From NCBI GenBank assembly GCA_965207885.1, contig OZ242311.1:320001-384000 (forward strand): a stretch of DNA of 64,000 nucleotides, in the 5' to 3' direction. The position numbers were made by a program, and so were the translations under genes. Positions 8,839 to 18,569 of the stretch are shown here, piece after piece. The first letter of the stretch is position 1, and each line of letters begins with the position of its first letter. Under the pieces are notes generated by a model. The model saw only the letters and a list, made by a program, of their open reading frames with translations. It was not told the DNA's origin and ran no database searches. The stretch comes from Candidatus Latescibacterota bacterium (GTDB lineage Bacteria; Latescibacterota; UBA2968).

Positions 8839-10542
8839 TCAGGACGTGCCCAACATCGATTTGGTTCTTTCCATGATGATCTGCTGGGCGAGGGTCAACA
8901 CATTGTAGAGCGTATAATAAAAGACGAGGCCAGAGGACATACTCCAGAAAATATAGGTGAGAAAGACGGGCATGATATAAACGAGAATAGCCTGTTTGGG
9001 ATCTTTCATCATCATCTTTTGCTGAATAAACATCGACACGCCCATTAGAAGAGGCAAGAGGTGCAGGTCAAAACCACCAATAGGAATGGTATCTGGTTGG
9101 GAAAGGTCGGTGATCCAGAGAGCGAATCCAGCTTGCCGGAGTTCAATAGTACCGCGAAACAGAGAAAAAAGAGAAAACAGTATGGGCATCTGCAAGAGCA
9201 TCGGTAGGCATCCACCGATGGGGTTGATCTTCTCGTCCCGGTAGAGTTTCATCATCGCCTGATTCACTTTTTGCTGGTCGTTGGCATAACGTTCGCGAAG
9301 TTCGGCAATTTTGGGCTGAAGCGTCTGCATCTTGGCAGTAGATTCAAGACTCTTGTGCGTGAGTGGGAAAACAACGACCTTGACGAGAATAGAAAAAAGA
9401 ATTATGACCACGCCGTAATTTGGAACTAGAGCATGCATGGCGAGGAAGGCTTTGAGAATTAAAATTGTAACTGGCTTGAGAATGGCGCGCACAAAATAAG
9501 GACCGTAATCGACAAAGTCATCGAGGTCCAGTTCTCGTTCAAGTCCATCGAGGTCGCGGTTTTGTGCACGCAAAATGTCATAAGAAATTGGACCAATGTA
9601 TGCGGAGTAATTGATAATATTAAGTCCAGAATCAGCATACATATCAAAAGCAAAATCGCGATAAGAAAAGCCAAATGGATCAGTCTTATTATCACCGTAT
9701 AGCGCGAGGTCATAACGACCTTCGTTGGGGATAATCGCGGCGAGAAAGTATTTATTTCTTATGCCAATCCAGGTTAGCTGACCGCTCGGGGGTGTCTCTT
9801 TCTCCTGAAGGCGACCCGTATCCCATGTTTCAACTTCCCCTCCCATGTAGGTGACGATTTGTTCGTAAACACCTTCGTAAAAACTCTCTGAAGTCCCGCG
9901 CTTATCTTCTGTATCAGCGAGACCACCATCCCACGTTATCGCCAATTTATCATCTCGAGCAAGCCCCTCAGCTATGATGGAAACGTGAATGCGATATCGG
10001 TTGCCCTGAAAACGGAAACGTTTCTCAACTGGACCACGCGGAGATTGAGCGCGAAATACGATCAGGTCTTGCGTATCACCATAAATGTCAAGGCGGTCGC
10101 GATCGGGGATAAATTCGAGACCATTGAGAGACTCACTTGCAACAGTAGCTCCAAGTCCAGCACCGTTGGATGGGATCAATTCCAGCCAATTGCCATTGCG
10201 ATCAAAATAGCTCTTGAGTTGCCAACTGGTAATTACGCCACCGCGCGTGGAGATGACAGCGCGGTAAAGTTCCGCGTCTATGACAACATCACGAGCCTGG
10301 AAAGTCGATGTAGTGGCTGGACTTTTGTCCTGTACAGGAGGTTGTTGGGTTTTGGGTTGTTGTGTGGGTTGAGGTTCGGGATGTGTATCAGTAATATGGG
10401 GTGGATCAATCTCGCGAGGGGCGGCTTTTTTTACAGGATCTGGCGACTGAGGTTCGTCACCTTGAAAGAATTGCATGTAATACGGCATCAGTATCAAGAT
10501 CAGGCCGATTAACGCAAACGCAATTACTGTACGTCTATCCAT
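8839..10542 (-). CDS. yidC: Membrane protein insertase
   Basis: NYGVVIILFS, LQPKIAELRERY, NPIGGCLPMLLQMPI, WITDLSQPD. Confidence 0.96.
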   Translation of the reverse strand: MDRRTVIAFALIGLILILMPYYMQFFQGDEPQSPDPVKKAAPREIDPPHITDTHPEPQPTQQPKTQQPPVQDKSPATTSTFQARDVVIDAELYRAVISTRGGVITSWQLKSYFDRNGNWLELIPSNGAGLGATVASESLNGLEFIPDRDRLDIYGDTQDLIVFRAQSPRGPVEKRFRFQGNRYRIHVSIIAEGLARDDKLAITWDGGLADTEDKRGTSESFYEGVYEQIVTYMGGEVETWDTGRLQEKETPPSGQLTWIGIRNKYFLAAIIPNEGRYDLALYGDNKTDPFGFSYRDFAFDMYADSGLNIINYSAYIGPISYDILRAQNRDLDGLERELDLDDFVDYGPYFVRAILKPVTILILKAFLAMHALVPNYGVVIILFSILVKVVVFPLTHKSLESTAKMQTLQPKIAELRERYANDQQKVNQAMMKLYRDEKINPIGGCLPMLLQMPILFSLFSLFRGTIELRQAGFALWITDLSQPDTIPIGGFDLHLLPLLMGVSMFIQQKMMMKDPKQAILVYIMPVFLTYIFWSMSSGLVFYYTLYNVLTLAQQIIMERTKSMLGTS

Positions 10543-10595
10543 AAATTCAGTCTTTCTGCACAGAAAATAATAAAGGAAGGGATTGCAAAAACGGA

Positions 10596-10925
10596 TCAGG
10601 AGTCGATAAGACCGAGCTTTTGAAATGCGAGGTGTAGTTCAAGGTGGAGTTCAGTATAAGAGACACCGCAGGCGTGATCTCCTATGGAGATAAGTACCAG
10701 ACGGTGAGGATGGCCTGAAGGTATTAGTTCGGAACATACTGCACGTACTTGCCGGCGGATGCGATTGCGCCGAACGGCGTTTCCAAATTTTTTCCGAATT
10801 GAAATGAGCGTTAGATCCATCTCGGAAGTACCTATCCGAACATTAACCCAACGCCCACGAAAGATCTGACCGTGCTGTCGAATTTTCGCAATCTCGCTTC
10901 GAATACGCAGGTTGGGTGTTCCCAT
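10596..10925 (-). CDS. rnpA: Ribonuclease P protein component
   Basis: KKFGNAVRRNRIRRQVR RNR motif; synteny with rpmH and yidC. Confidence 0.92.
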   Translation of the reverse strand: MGTPNLRIRSEIAKIRQHGQIFRGRWVNVRIGTSEMDLTLISIRKKFGNAVRRNRIRRQVRAVCSELIPSGHPHRLVLISIGDHACGVSYTELHLELHLAFQKLGLIDS

Positions 10926-10939
10926 AACACACCTACATA

Positions 10940-11074
10940 TCAATGCGATAGCTGCTTGCGACCCTTTCGGCGCCGTCGATTCAGCACATGGCGACCACCA
11001 GGAGAACTCATGCGAGCGCGAAAACCATGTTTATTTTTGCGCTTGCGATTATGTGGTTGAAACGTGCGTTTCAT
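10940..11074 (-). CDS. rpmH: 50S ribosomal protein L34 (absent from ORF track, 44 aa)
   Basis: Manual translation [44 protein letters not shown]. Confidence 0.97.
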   Translation of the reverse strand: MKRTFQPHNRKRKNKHGFRARMSSPGGRHVLNRRRRKGRKQLSH

Positions 11075-11194
11075 CAAACCACCTCGTATCTACAAAAATT
11101 TCAATTATCTATATCGACAAAGATTTTGGAATATAGAGGTGCATACCTCCTTTGTCAAGCTATTTCCCTTTGACTGGAGGCTCCTGTGACTATA

Positions 11195-11239
11195 CTACTA
11201 TATATGGTGTACATTTTTTTTGTACACTATATCTTGACT
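11195..11239. promoter_or_regulatory. Tandem NrdR-box-like sites in the rpmH-dnaA intergenic region
   Basis: CTACTATATATGGTGT (11195-11210) and ACACTATATCTTGACT (11224-11239) resemble acaCwAtATaTwGtgt. Confidence 0.6.
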
Positions 11240-11600
11240 GTTTACTATTATTTTACTATTTTTCAAATGTTTACTAATATTTTCCTTTGACAAAACCCTC
11301 TTGACATCGCTCATTTCATTGCTTAGTTTTCGATTAGCTTTCAGAATCTTTTGAAATCCACTTTTGAAGTGGATTCCCCCACCGTGGTCTGCTGTTAAAA
11401 ATAACCGAAGTATTTCGATTTCAAAGTTTCAGAATACTTTCAATTTTCCTTCCTCCAATTGAGAGTCCCCCATTTCCTGAAGCGAAATCAGGCCTCCCTT
11501 ATATTCGGATTTCTCAGACAACGGTTTCCAGCACGTAAAGTATCCTATTGATATTCCCTTAGTTGGCGCGTGTTTGCCAGCCATAGACGGATATTGCCCT

Positions 11601-12983
11601 ATGGATGAACGCTCTTCTGACTTATGGAACCGGTGTCTCTACGCCATCCAGGAAAAAATACAGGATCAGAGTTTTGAAACCTGGTTCGCTCCAATCAAGG
11701 CGCGGCAGTTTACCTCCGAAGAAGTTATTCTGGTGGTACCCGAGAGGATTTATGCCGATTGGTTAGAACAAAATTACATCGGGTTAATCAAAACGACCAT
11801 CCAGGAAGTCTTCACATGGAATCCACGCATAACTTTTGCGGTTGGTGATACTCACCAACAAATGCCATCCCATGTAAAAGATGCTCCCGGATTCATGCGG
11901 GGAGCACCTCTCGATTCTGTATCTACTGCGCCATCTATCCATCCAGAACCTATCCAACCAGTATTTCCCCTCAATCCACGCTACAGGTTTGATAATTTTG
12001 TTGTTGGTGAAAGCAATGAAGTGTCGTTTTCTGCGGCAAAAGCCACAGCAGAGTCGCCTGGACAAACGGCTTTTAATCCGCTTGTCCTTTACGGCGGCGT
12101 TGGATTGGGAAAAACTCACCTGCTCCAGGCCATTGGTGCACACTGTATCGAAATGGGAACAGGTCAACGCGTAGTTTATGTTACTGCACAACAGTTTCTC
12201 ACAGATTATTTAGAAGGAATCAATCGCGGAACAATCTCTAATTTCCATCAAACCTATCGCCAGGCGGATGTGTTGCTGGTGGATGATATCCAGTATTATG
12301 TGAAAACAGAAGGTTGCCAAAGAGAGTTTATCCATACATTTAATGCCCTATTTCAAGCAGATAAGCAGATTATCATCAGTTCTGATCGCCCACCATCTCA
12401 CCTCAAGGGATTTGAGGATCGGTTGATTTCTCGATTTCAATGGGGTTTAGTTACAAATATCGAAGCACCTGATCTGTCCACGCGGGTGGCTATTTTAATG
12501 CAAAAAGCAGAAGAGATGGGTGTTTTATTGTCCCACGAAATTGCCAGTTTCTTAGCTGAGCAGATCGATACCAACATACGCGAACTTGAAGGCGCATTAA
12601 AACGCCTGGTCGCTTATACCAAATTACAACGCTATCCACTCACGATTGAAACAGCGCGAAAGACCCTGTTAAGCCCGCCTCAAAAGACCAAACCGACTGT
12701 TACTATTGAAAGCATTCAAAAAGCAGCAGCCCACTTTTTTGAAATACCTTTAGATAAACTGGTTGGTACAACGCGGAAGCAGGATGTGACAACAGCCCGT
12801 CATGTGAGTATGTATTTGAGCAAATCTCTTACAGGTGCTCCTCTCAAGACGATTGGTTTGCAATTTGGAAACCGCGATCACAGCACAGTTATTCACGCAT
12901 GCCGGAGAGTAGAAGACAAGATATCAGCGGATCCAGAATTTGAACATCTTGTGAGTGAACTACAAGATCATATCGTAAGTTAA
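11601..12983 (+). CDS. dnaA: Chromosomal replication initiator
   Basis: LNPRYRFDNFVVG, NPLVLYGGVGLGKTHL, LLVDDIQ, NIRELEGAL, FGNRDHSTVIHAC. Confidence 0.98.
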   Translation: MDERSSDLWNRCLYAIQEKIQDQSFETWFAPIKARQFTSEEVILVVPERIYADWLEQNYIGLIKTTIQEVFTWNPRITFAVGDTHQQMPSHVKDAPGFMRGAPLDSVSTAPSIHPEPIQPVFPLNPRYRFDNFVVGESNEVSFSAAKATAESPGQTAFNPLVLYGGVGLGKTHLLQAIGAHCIEMGTGQRVVYVTAQQFLTDYLEGINRGTISNFHQTYRQADVLLVDDIQYYVKTEGCQREFIHTFNALFQADKQIIISSDRPPSHLKGFEDRLISRFQWGLVTNIEAPDLSTRVAILMQKAEEMGVLLSHEIASFLAEQIDTNIRELEGALKRLVAYTKLQRYPLTIETARKTLLSPPQKTKPTVTIESIQKAAAHFFEIPLDKLVGTTRKQDVTTARHVSMYLSKSLTGAPLKTIGLQFGNRDHSTVIHACRRVEDKISADPEFEHLVSELQDHIVS

Positions 12984-13030
12984 GGAGTCAAAGCCCAGTA
13001 ATGACATAAACAGATAGATCTTAAATATAT

Positions 13031-13066
13031 GCCCCGGACTCTCATAGAGGTCTGGGGTTATTTTTA
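13031..13066 (+). terminator. Terminator downstream of dnaA
   Basis: GCCCCGGAC...GTCTGGGGT stem followed by T-rich tract. Confidence 0.6.
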
Positions 13067-13114
13067 TCAATTATATTCCTGTTTTAGATGTGCAGGTGGT
13101 CATTTACTCACAGT

Positions 13115-13497
13115 TTCTGTTTATATTATTAATAAAATCAAAATATGTACTTGATATACGATAATAATAATAACACTGTGGATTCTGTGGAAAATGCGTC
13201 AATAAAAGGAAAACTCGCTTAAAAATAGTGGGTTAAGAATGTTCCTGCCAATATGACATTGTGAATTTCTATGTGCAGAACATGTGGAAATCTGTGTGGT
13301 TTTCCACAATTTGGAATGTGGATTTCTTTTTCACACAAAAAATCCACAATCTATCCAGATTCTTTTCCACACCCAAAATCTTGTGCACAGCACTGTGCAC
13401 AGAAAGCGTTTCTCTTTAAAAATCAATAACTTTTTATTTTTATCATTAAGAGATTGCAAATTGAGTTATCCACATCGGGCAAATCTATTGTTGATAG
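13115..13497. other. Probable chromosomal replication origin oriC
   Basis: AT-rich stretch, (TAA)4 trios 13162-13173, tandem boxes TGTGGATTC/TGTGGAAAA 13177-13194, more boxes at 13283, 13300, 13317, 13340, 13363, perfect TTATCCACA 13466-13474; directly downstream of dnaA. Confidence 0.85.
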
Positions 13498-13610
13498 GCA
13501 TCATACAGGTAAGAGGATTTTCTCTTTTTCGTTGAGGATATGTTTATATTGTTCCGTGTCGTCAGGTGTAAGCTATCTCACCATGCATACATAAATAGGA
13601 GACGGTTGAG

Positions 13611-14228
13611 GTGCTGACTTATGATTCTCAAAAAGCGATGCGCGCATTGTGCAAAAATGATCGCACACTCGGTCAATTAATCAAGCAGGCAGGACCAATA
13701 ACCCTTGATTTGCCAAAACGATTAAACCCTTTTGATGCGCTTTTGCGGTCGATTATCTATCAACAACTCTCAGGAAAAGCGGCTGCCGCCATTCACAAAC
13801 GGGTGCGCGTCCTGTTTTTTGGGGGAAATATCAACCCAAATCAAGTACTTGCGATGGATGACCAGGTGCTTCGCAATGCGGGAATGTCCCGGGCAAAAGT
13901 GGTCGCGGTAAATGATCTGGCGCAAAAAACCATAGATGGCCTGATTCCCCCGGGTTCACGCCTTCGCGAAATGTCGGATGCCGATATTGTAGAAAATCTC
14001 ACACAAGTGCGCGGCATTGGAGAGTGGACTGTTCAAATGTTTCTGATGTTCCAACTCGGCAGGCCCGATGTGCTCCCGACAAAAGATTTGGGGGTGCGCA
14101 AGGGATTTATGCTCACTTATGGATTGGACGAGTTGCCAGCAGAAAAAGATATGATGGTCTATTGTGAGCGGTGGAGACCTTATCGCTCGGTGGGAAGCTG
14201 GTACATGTGGCGGGCACTTGAATTGTGA
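13611..14228 (+). CDS. DNA-3-methyladenine glycosylase II (AlkA family)
   Basis: SIIYQQLSGKAA, HhH VRGIGEWT, PDVLPTKDLG, WRPYRS. Confidence 0.92.
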   Translation: MLTYDSQKAMRALCKNDRTLGQLIKQAGPITLDLPKRLNPFDALLRSIIYQQLSGKAAAAIHKRVRVLFFGGNINPNQVLAMDDQVLRNAGMSRAKVVAVNDLAQKTIDGLIPPGSRLREMSDADIVENLTQVRGIGEWTVQMFLMFQLGRPDVLPTKDLGVRKGFMLTYGLDELPAEKDMMVYCERWRPYRSVGSWYMWRALEL

Positions 14229-14259
14229 GGCTAACTTTCATGTATAAACGGAGCGGATT

Positions 14260-15618
14260 ATGCCAAACCTGATCGTTTTATTGAGTGACCAGTTGCGCCG
14301 ACAGGCTCTTGGAATTCACGGTGACCCGGATGCACGCACACCGCACCTGGACGCCTTTGCACAACAGGGTGTTCGATTTGACAATGCGTGTTCCACGTAT
14401 CCGATCTGTGTGCCTTTTCGATTTACACTTATGACTGGCGAATATGCCCATGTCCGCAAAATACCGGGTATTGAATACGCAATGTCCACGGAAGAGCGCA
14501 CGCTGGCAGATGAGTTTAATGAGGCGGGGTATGAAACCATTTATGTGGGCAAATGGCATCTCGATGGCGGGCACGGGCGGTTGGGATCTGCTGTGCAGGT
14601 CAACCGCACGCGGATACCGCGTTCTCGGCAGGGTCGCTGGCAAAAGTGGTACGGGTTTGAGCTGCGCAATGATCCCTTTGATACCTGTTATTTTGAGGAC
14701 GACGATCCCACGCCGAAAAAAATTGAAGAGTATCAGACCGATGGCTTGTTTCAAATTGGTATGGATTATATAAAAGACCGCGTGGATGACCGTCCCTTCT
14801 GCATGGTCATTTCTGTGGAACCACCTCACGATCCTTTTGTGGCTCCCGAAGATGTGCAATCCGCATGGGAAGCGAGAGATATTGTATTACCCGAAAACTT
14901 TGATGTGGCGGATCCCACACAGCGCGAAGCGTTTATTCTCAGTCGCAAGCGCTACAATGCTATGGTTGAGAATCTGGATGCCAATGTCGGACAGATGATG
15001 GTTTTTCTCAAGGCGGAAGGATTATTGGATGATACAGTCGTGATCTTTTTATCTGACCACGGCGAATTGGCGGGCGCACACGGCCTGCGCGCCAAGCAAT
15101 GGCCCTATGAAGAGTCTGTGGGGATTCCACTCATGGTGTGGGATTCCCGTGTGAGAGAACGCGCGGGAACGGTGATCAATGACCCGACATGCACCGAGGA
15201 TTTGTTTCCAACACTGCTTGGATTGGTGGGGTTAACCCCAAAAAATGAGGTGCCGGGGACGAACTTGACACCGCTCATTCACGGGGATGTAGATGCGCTT
15301 GATCGCGAGGGTGTTTTGCTCGAGTTTGTTGCAGAATTGCGGGAACGACCACCATTTTTCGATGAGGTCTGGCGGGGATTTCGCACGCGGGATTACAAAT
15401 ATACCGTGAAGGGCAATAACATGGGCGGCAAGCCCTGGCAATTTTTTGATCTGAAAAACGATCCCGGGGAAATGAATAATCTGGTGGATGATCCCAATTA
15501 CCGCGACCTGGTTGTCCACCATCATCGCTTGCTGTGCGAGCGGATGATTGAGACAGAGGATCACTTTGTCCTGCTTCCGGCGTTTGACTGTGAAGGTGTA
15601 AACGTCTGGGAAGAGTAA
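14260..15618 (+). CDS. Sulfatase (Cys-type)
   Basis: PNLIVLLSDQ, CVPFR..LMTG, GKWHL, SDHG. Confidence 0.92.
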   Translation: MPNLIVLLSDQLRRQALGIHGDPDARTPHLDAFAQQGVRFDNACSTYPICVPFRFTLMTGEYAHVRKIPGIEYAMSTEERTLADEFNEAGYETIYVGKWHLDGGHGRLGSAVQVNRTRIPRSRQGRWQKWYGFELRNDPFDTCYFEDDDPTPKKIEEYQTDGLFQIGMDYIKDRVDDRPFCMVISVEPPHDPFVAPEDVQSAWEARDIVLPENFDVADPTQREAFILSRKRYNAMVENLDANVGQMMVFLKAEGLLDDTVVIFLSDHGELAGAHGLRAKQWPYEESVGIPLMVWDSRVRERAGTVINDPTCTEDLFPTLLGLVGLTPKNEVPGTNLTPLIHGDVDALDREGVLLEFVAELRERPPFFDEVWRGFRTRDYKYTVKGNNMGGKPWQFFDLKNDPGEMNNLVDDPNYRDLVVHHHRLLCERMIETEDHFVLLPAFDCEGVNVWEE

Positions 15619-15620
15619 GT

Positions 15621-16560
15621 TCAGGGTTTCCAGATGGTCGCGCCGATATAGCGTTCGCCTTCGGGCGTATCGTTGTAATAATAGGCTGTTACGAGTACGC
15701 CATCGGGTCTCAGAACAGTGCGCGGATACCCGATATCCGCATTGCCACCATCTTCGCGCAGTACAATTTCCTCGCTCCAATTGGTTCCGGTCGTATCACT
15801 GATCCTCGCGCGAATACCATAAGGTGCTGCGCGATAACCGTAAGTTAGAACGACCCGTCCATCCTTCAGATGCGTCAACGTCGGCGGGTTCCCCCCCTGG
15901 CCAGAAGCCGGTACAGGCTGGCCGACATGTGTCCATGTCAACCCATCATCTTCGGATAAATACGTATCGATCCAGTGTTTAGACGCTGTAAATTCTCCGC
16001 GTTCCGTGCAGCGCACGGCGACGAGAATATGCCCATTACGGAGACGCAAACTTGCGGGCATGATCTGAAAACCCGCAGGCTCTTTACTCAACCACGATAG
16101 AAATCCAAATTTGCGCCCACCATCATAAGACCGCGCAGCAAATACGCGGCCTTCCAGCCCATTGCGCTTATTTGCCGTTAGAAATAGCGTGCATTGATCC
16201 GCGCTATCCACCAGATAATCCGTTCGCGCAGCGATCCCGGTTTGCCCCCACATTGGGAGATAGAAAGGCCCGTTCCACGACTGACATCGGTCCTGTGAAT
16301 AGTACCAGAAGGAACAGACCCCTGGACCCAGGCCCGTCCTGGCGCACATCAATGCGAAGTCAGGTTTCGCCGCCATCCACACTTCGCGCTTGCATGTTTA
16401 CAAATGGACGGTCTTTGTCTCGCGCGTGAAAACCGCCCTGGGGATCTGTATATCCCAGCGTAAATCCCAGTGCGATCTCGTCACCCCACGACCACACCCC
16501 GTAATTTGCAGGCCAACCCGCAAAACGCCCCGTTTCCCGGTACACGGTTACGTGTTTCAT
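15621..16560 (-). pseudogene. Frameshifted sialidase-like (BNR/Asp-box) protein
   Basis: N-part 16360-16560 ends in Asp-box SVDGGET then stop; C-part continues in another frame with Asp-boxes SYDGGRKF, SEDDGLTW and DIGYP. Confidence 0.75.
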
Positions 16561-17564
16561 AATTTAACCGTACCATCTTCCAGCATGCTCAACAGTGCCG
16601 AATCATCCACGTTTAGAGGTAGTACAACTCTGCCCCGACGGCGACTCGATTCATAAGTTGCAAAAATCAATTCTGTTGCTTGCAGTGCTTTGCGCCCCGA
16701 AAGTTCGGGTTCGCGTCCGTTTTTCACGGCATCGACGAGGTCCAGCACAGCAACGGTTGTCGCATCGCGCTGACTCACCATGCCGCTGAGATCCACATCT
16801 ACCTCCTGGGTGCCCGATACAACGCGGAGTGGGCGAGCATCGCGGCCCCCAATTTCAATGAACCCTTCGCTCCCGACCAACCGATTCGCAACGCCCTGCA
16901 TCCTGGTTATACCTGTTACCAACAACCCCTCGCGCCCATTTTGATACCGAATCCACGAAATTCCGCTGCCTTCCACGGGGGTCCCAAACACCTCGCGCCC
17001 ACCTTCTGCGTCGATTTGCCCGATTACCCACTCGGCGGGTTCATCGTCATTGTAAAAGAAAAACATATCGAACCAGTGCGTGCCCCAGTCGAACATGTTC
17101 GGGCAATTGCCCTCAAAACGCCGCAGTTCGCCAATGGTACCAGATTTTGCAATCTCCTTTGCCTTTATAAATTGCCCGGCAAACCGCCTCTGATGACAAA
17201 ATGTAATGACCACGTCGTTATCTGCGCATGCCTGATACAGCGATTTTGCTTCTCCCCAGGTCGGTGCCATGGGCTTTTCTGCGTGAATCGCCTGAATCCC
17301 ACTGCCCGCCGCATCTACAATCATGTCGTGATGCAATCCGGTCCAGGTACACACGCTGACAAAATCCAAGTCTTCTTTTTCCAGCATGTCGCGGTAGTCT
17401 TCGTAGCCATTTTCAACACCAAATTCCGCCATGTACGCCGAACGCGGCGCCTCAAACGGATCGGCACACGCTACGATCGCTACGTCGTCTGATGCGGTCC
17501 AACCGCGTGCATGCGCTTTTCCACGACCCCCACAACCGATGACACCAGCTTTAAAATTTGCCAT
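16557..17564 (-). CDS. Gfo/Idh/MocA oxidoreductase
   Basis: GVIGCGGRG, AEKPMA, DWGTHWFD. Confidence 0.92.
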   Translation of the reverse strand: MANFKAGVIGCGGRGKAHARGWTASDDVAIVACADPFEAPRSAYMAEFGVENGYEDYRDMLEKEDLDFVSVCTWTGLHHDMIVDAAGSGIQAIHAEKPMAPTWGEAKSLYQACADNDVVITFCHQRRFAGQFIKAKEIAKSGTIGELRRFEGNCPNMFDWGTHWFDMFFFYNDDEPAEWVIGQIDAEGGREVFGTPVEGSGISWIRYQNGREGLLVTGITRMQGVANRLVGSEGFIEIGGRDARPLRVVSGTQEVDVDLSGMVSQRDATTVAVLDLVDAVKNGREPELSGRKALQATELIFATYESSRRRGRVVLPLNVDDSALLSMLEDGTVKL

Positions 17565-17581
17565 TTTCTTTTCTCCTCTAT

Positions 17582-18553
17582 TTATGTTTTCCAAATCGAT
17601 GTCGCATCCACCACATATCCCCTCTGATTATCCACCACATTTAACAGGGGTTCTCCCGCGCAGAATCGACGCACATTTTCCACGATTAATGCCTTTCTGC
17701 GCTTGTCAATCTCTGGCGACACACCGGCCACATGCGGCGTCAATATCACATTTTCCATGGACCACAGGGCGTGATCTTGCGGCAGCGGTTCCTCTTCATA
17801 GACATCGAGACCCGCACCGCCGATCTGCCCGGATTGCAATGCGCTGGTCAGTGCGTGCAATTGGACCACTTTGCCGCGGCCGATGTTGATTAGAATGCCC
17901 GTATTTTTCATTGCGCGAAACATATCCGCATCGAATAACCCTTCGGTCTGGGCGGTGTGGGGTACGCAAATTACCACAAAATCCGACTCTCCGACCATAT
18001 CCGCAAGTTCATCGGGAGAATAAATACGCGCGATAAAATCGGGTTTTCCCTTTGGGGCTGGATCCATTCCCAGCACGCGCATGCCAAATACCGGGCCTCG
18101 TTCGGCAACGGCTAATCCGATGCCTCCCAATCCAACGACGCCCAAGGTCGTTCCCGCAAGATGGATTACGGGGGCGTCTTTTTCCCATTTGCTCTGGGAC
18201 TGATTGCGAATATAGTGATGCAATCCGCGCGCAAATGCCATGACCATTGAAAATACATGATCGGCGATTACATCGCTGTATATCCCACGGATATTCGTCA
18301 CTGTCAAGTCGCTTTTTCGCAGTTCTGGAAAGTAATAGCCATCCAGCCCGGCACTCGTCGCCTGTACCCACCGCAGTTTTTTCGCTGCTTTCAAAATCTG
18401 CGGCGTCATCCCTCCAAAATACGCATCTGCATCACCAATTTCCGACAGGATGTCTTCTTCGGACTTCACCACCACAGTTTCCACACCCAGGTCGTGGATC
18501 TGCTGCATGTATTCATCTTCCAACGCCCGCTGCAATACCATTTTTATCGCCAT
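17582..18553 (-). CDS. D-2-hydroxyacid dehydrogenase
   Basis: GVVGLGGIG, INIGRG, GAGLDVYEEEPL, LTPHVAG; start MAIK after SD AGGAG. Confidence 0.92.
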   Translation of the reverse strand: MAIKMVLQRALEDEYMQQIHDLGVETVVVKSEEDILSEIGDADAYFGGMTPQILKAAKKLRWVQATSAGLDGYYFPELRKSDLTVTNIRGIYSDVIADHVFSMVMAFARGLHHYIRNQSQSKWEKDAPVIHLAGTTLGVVGLGGIGLAVAERGPVFGMRVLGMDPAPKGKPDFIARIYSPDELADMVGESDFVVICVPHTAQTEGLFDADMFRAMKNTGILINIGRGKVVQLHALTSALQSGQIGGAGLDVYEEEPLPQDHALWSMENVILTPHVAGVSPEIDKRRKALIVENVRRFCAGEPLLNVVDNQRGYVVDATSIWKT

Positions 18554-18569
18554 TTGATAGATCTCCTTC

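Noticed and set aside
13284-13535. 83-aa ORF downstream of dnaA
   Set aside because: Lies over DnaA boxes of oriC; likely spurious
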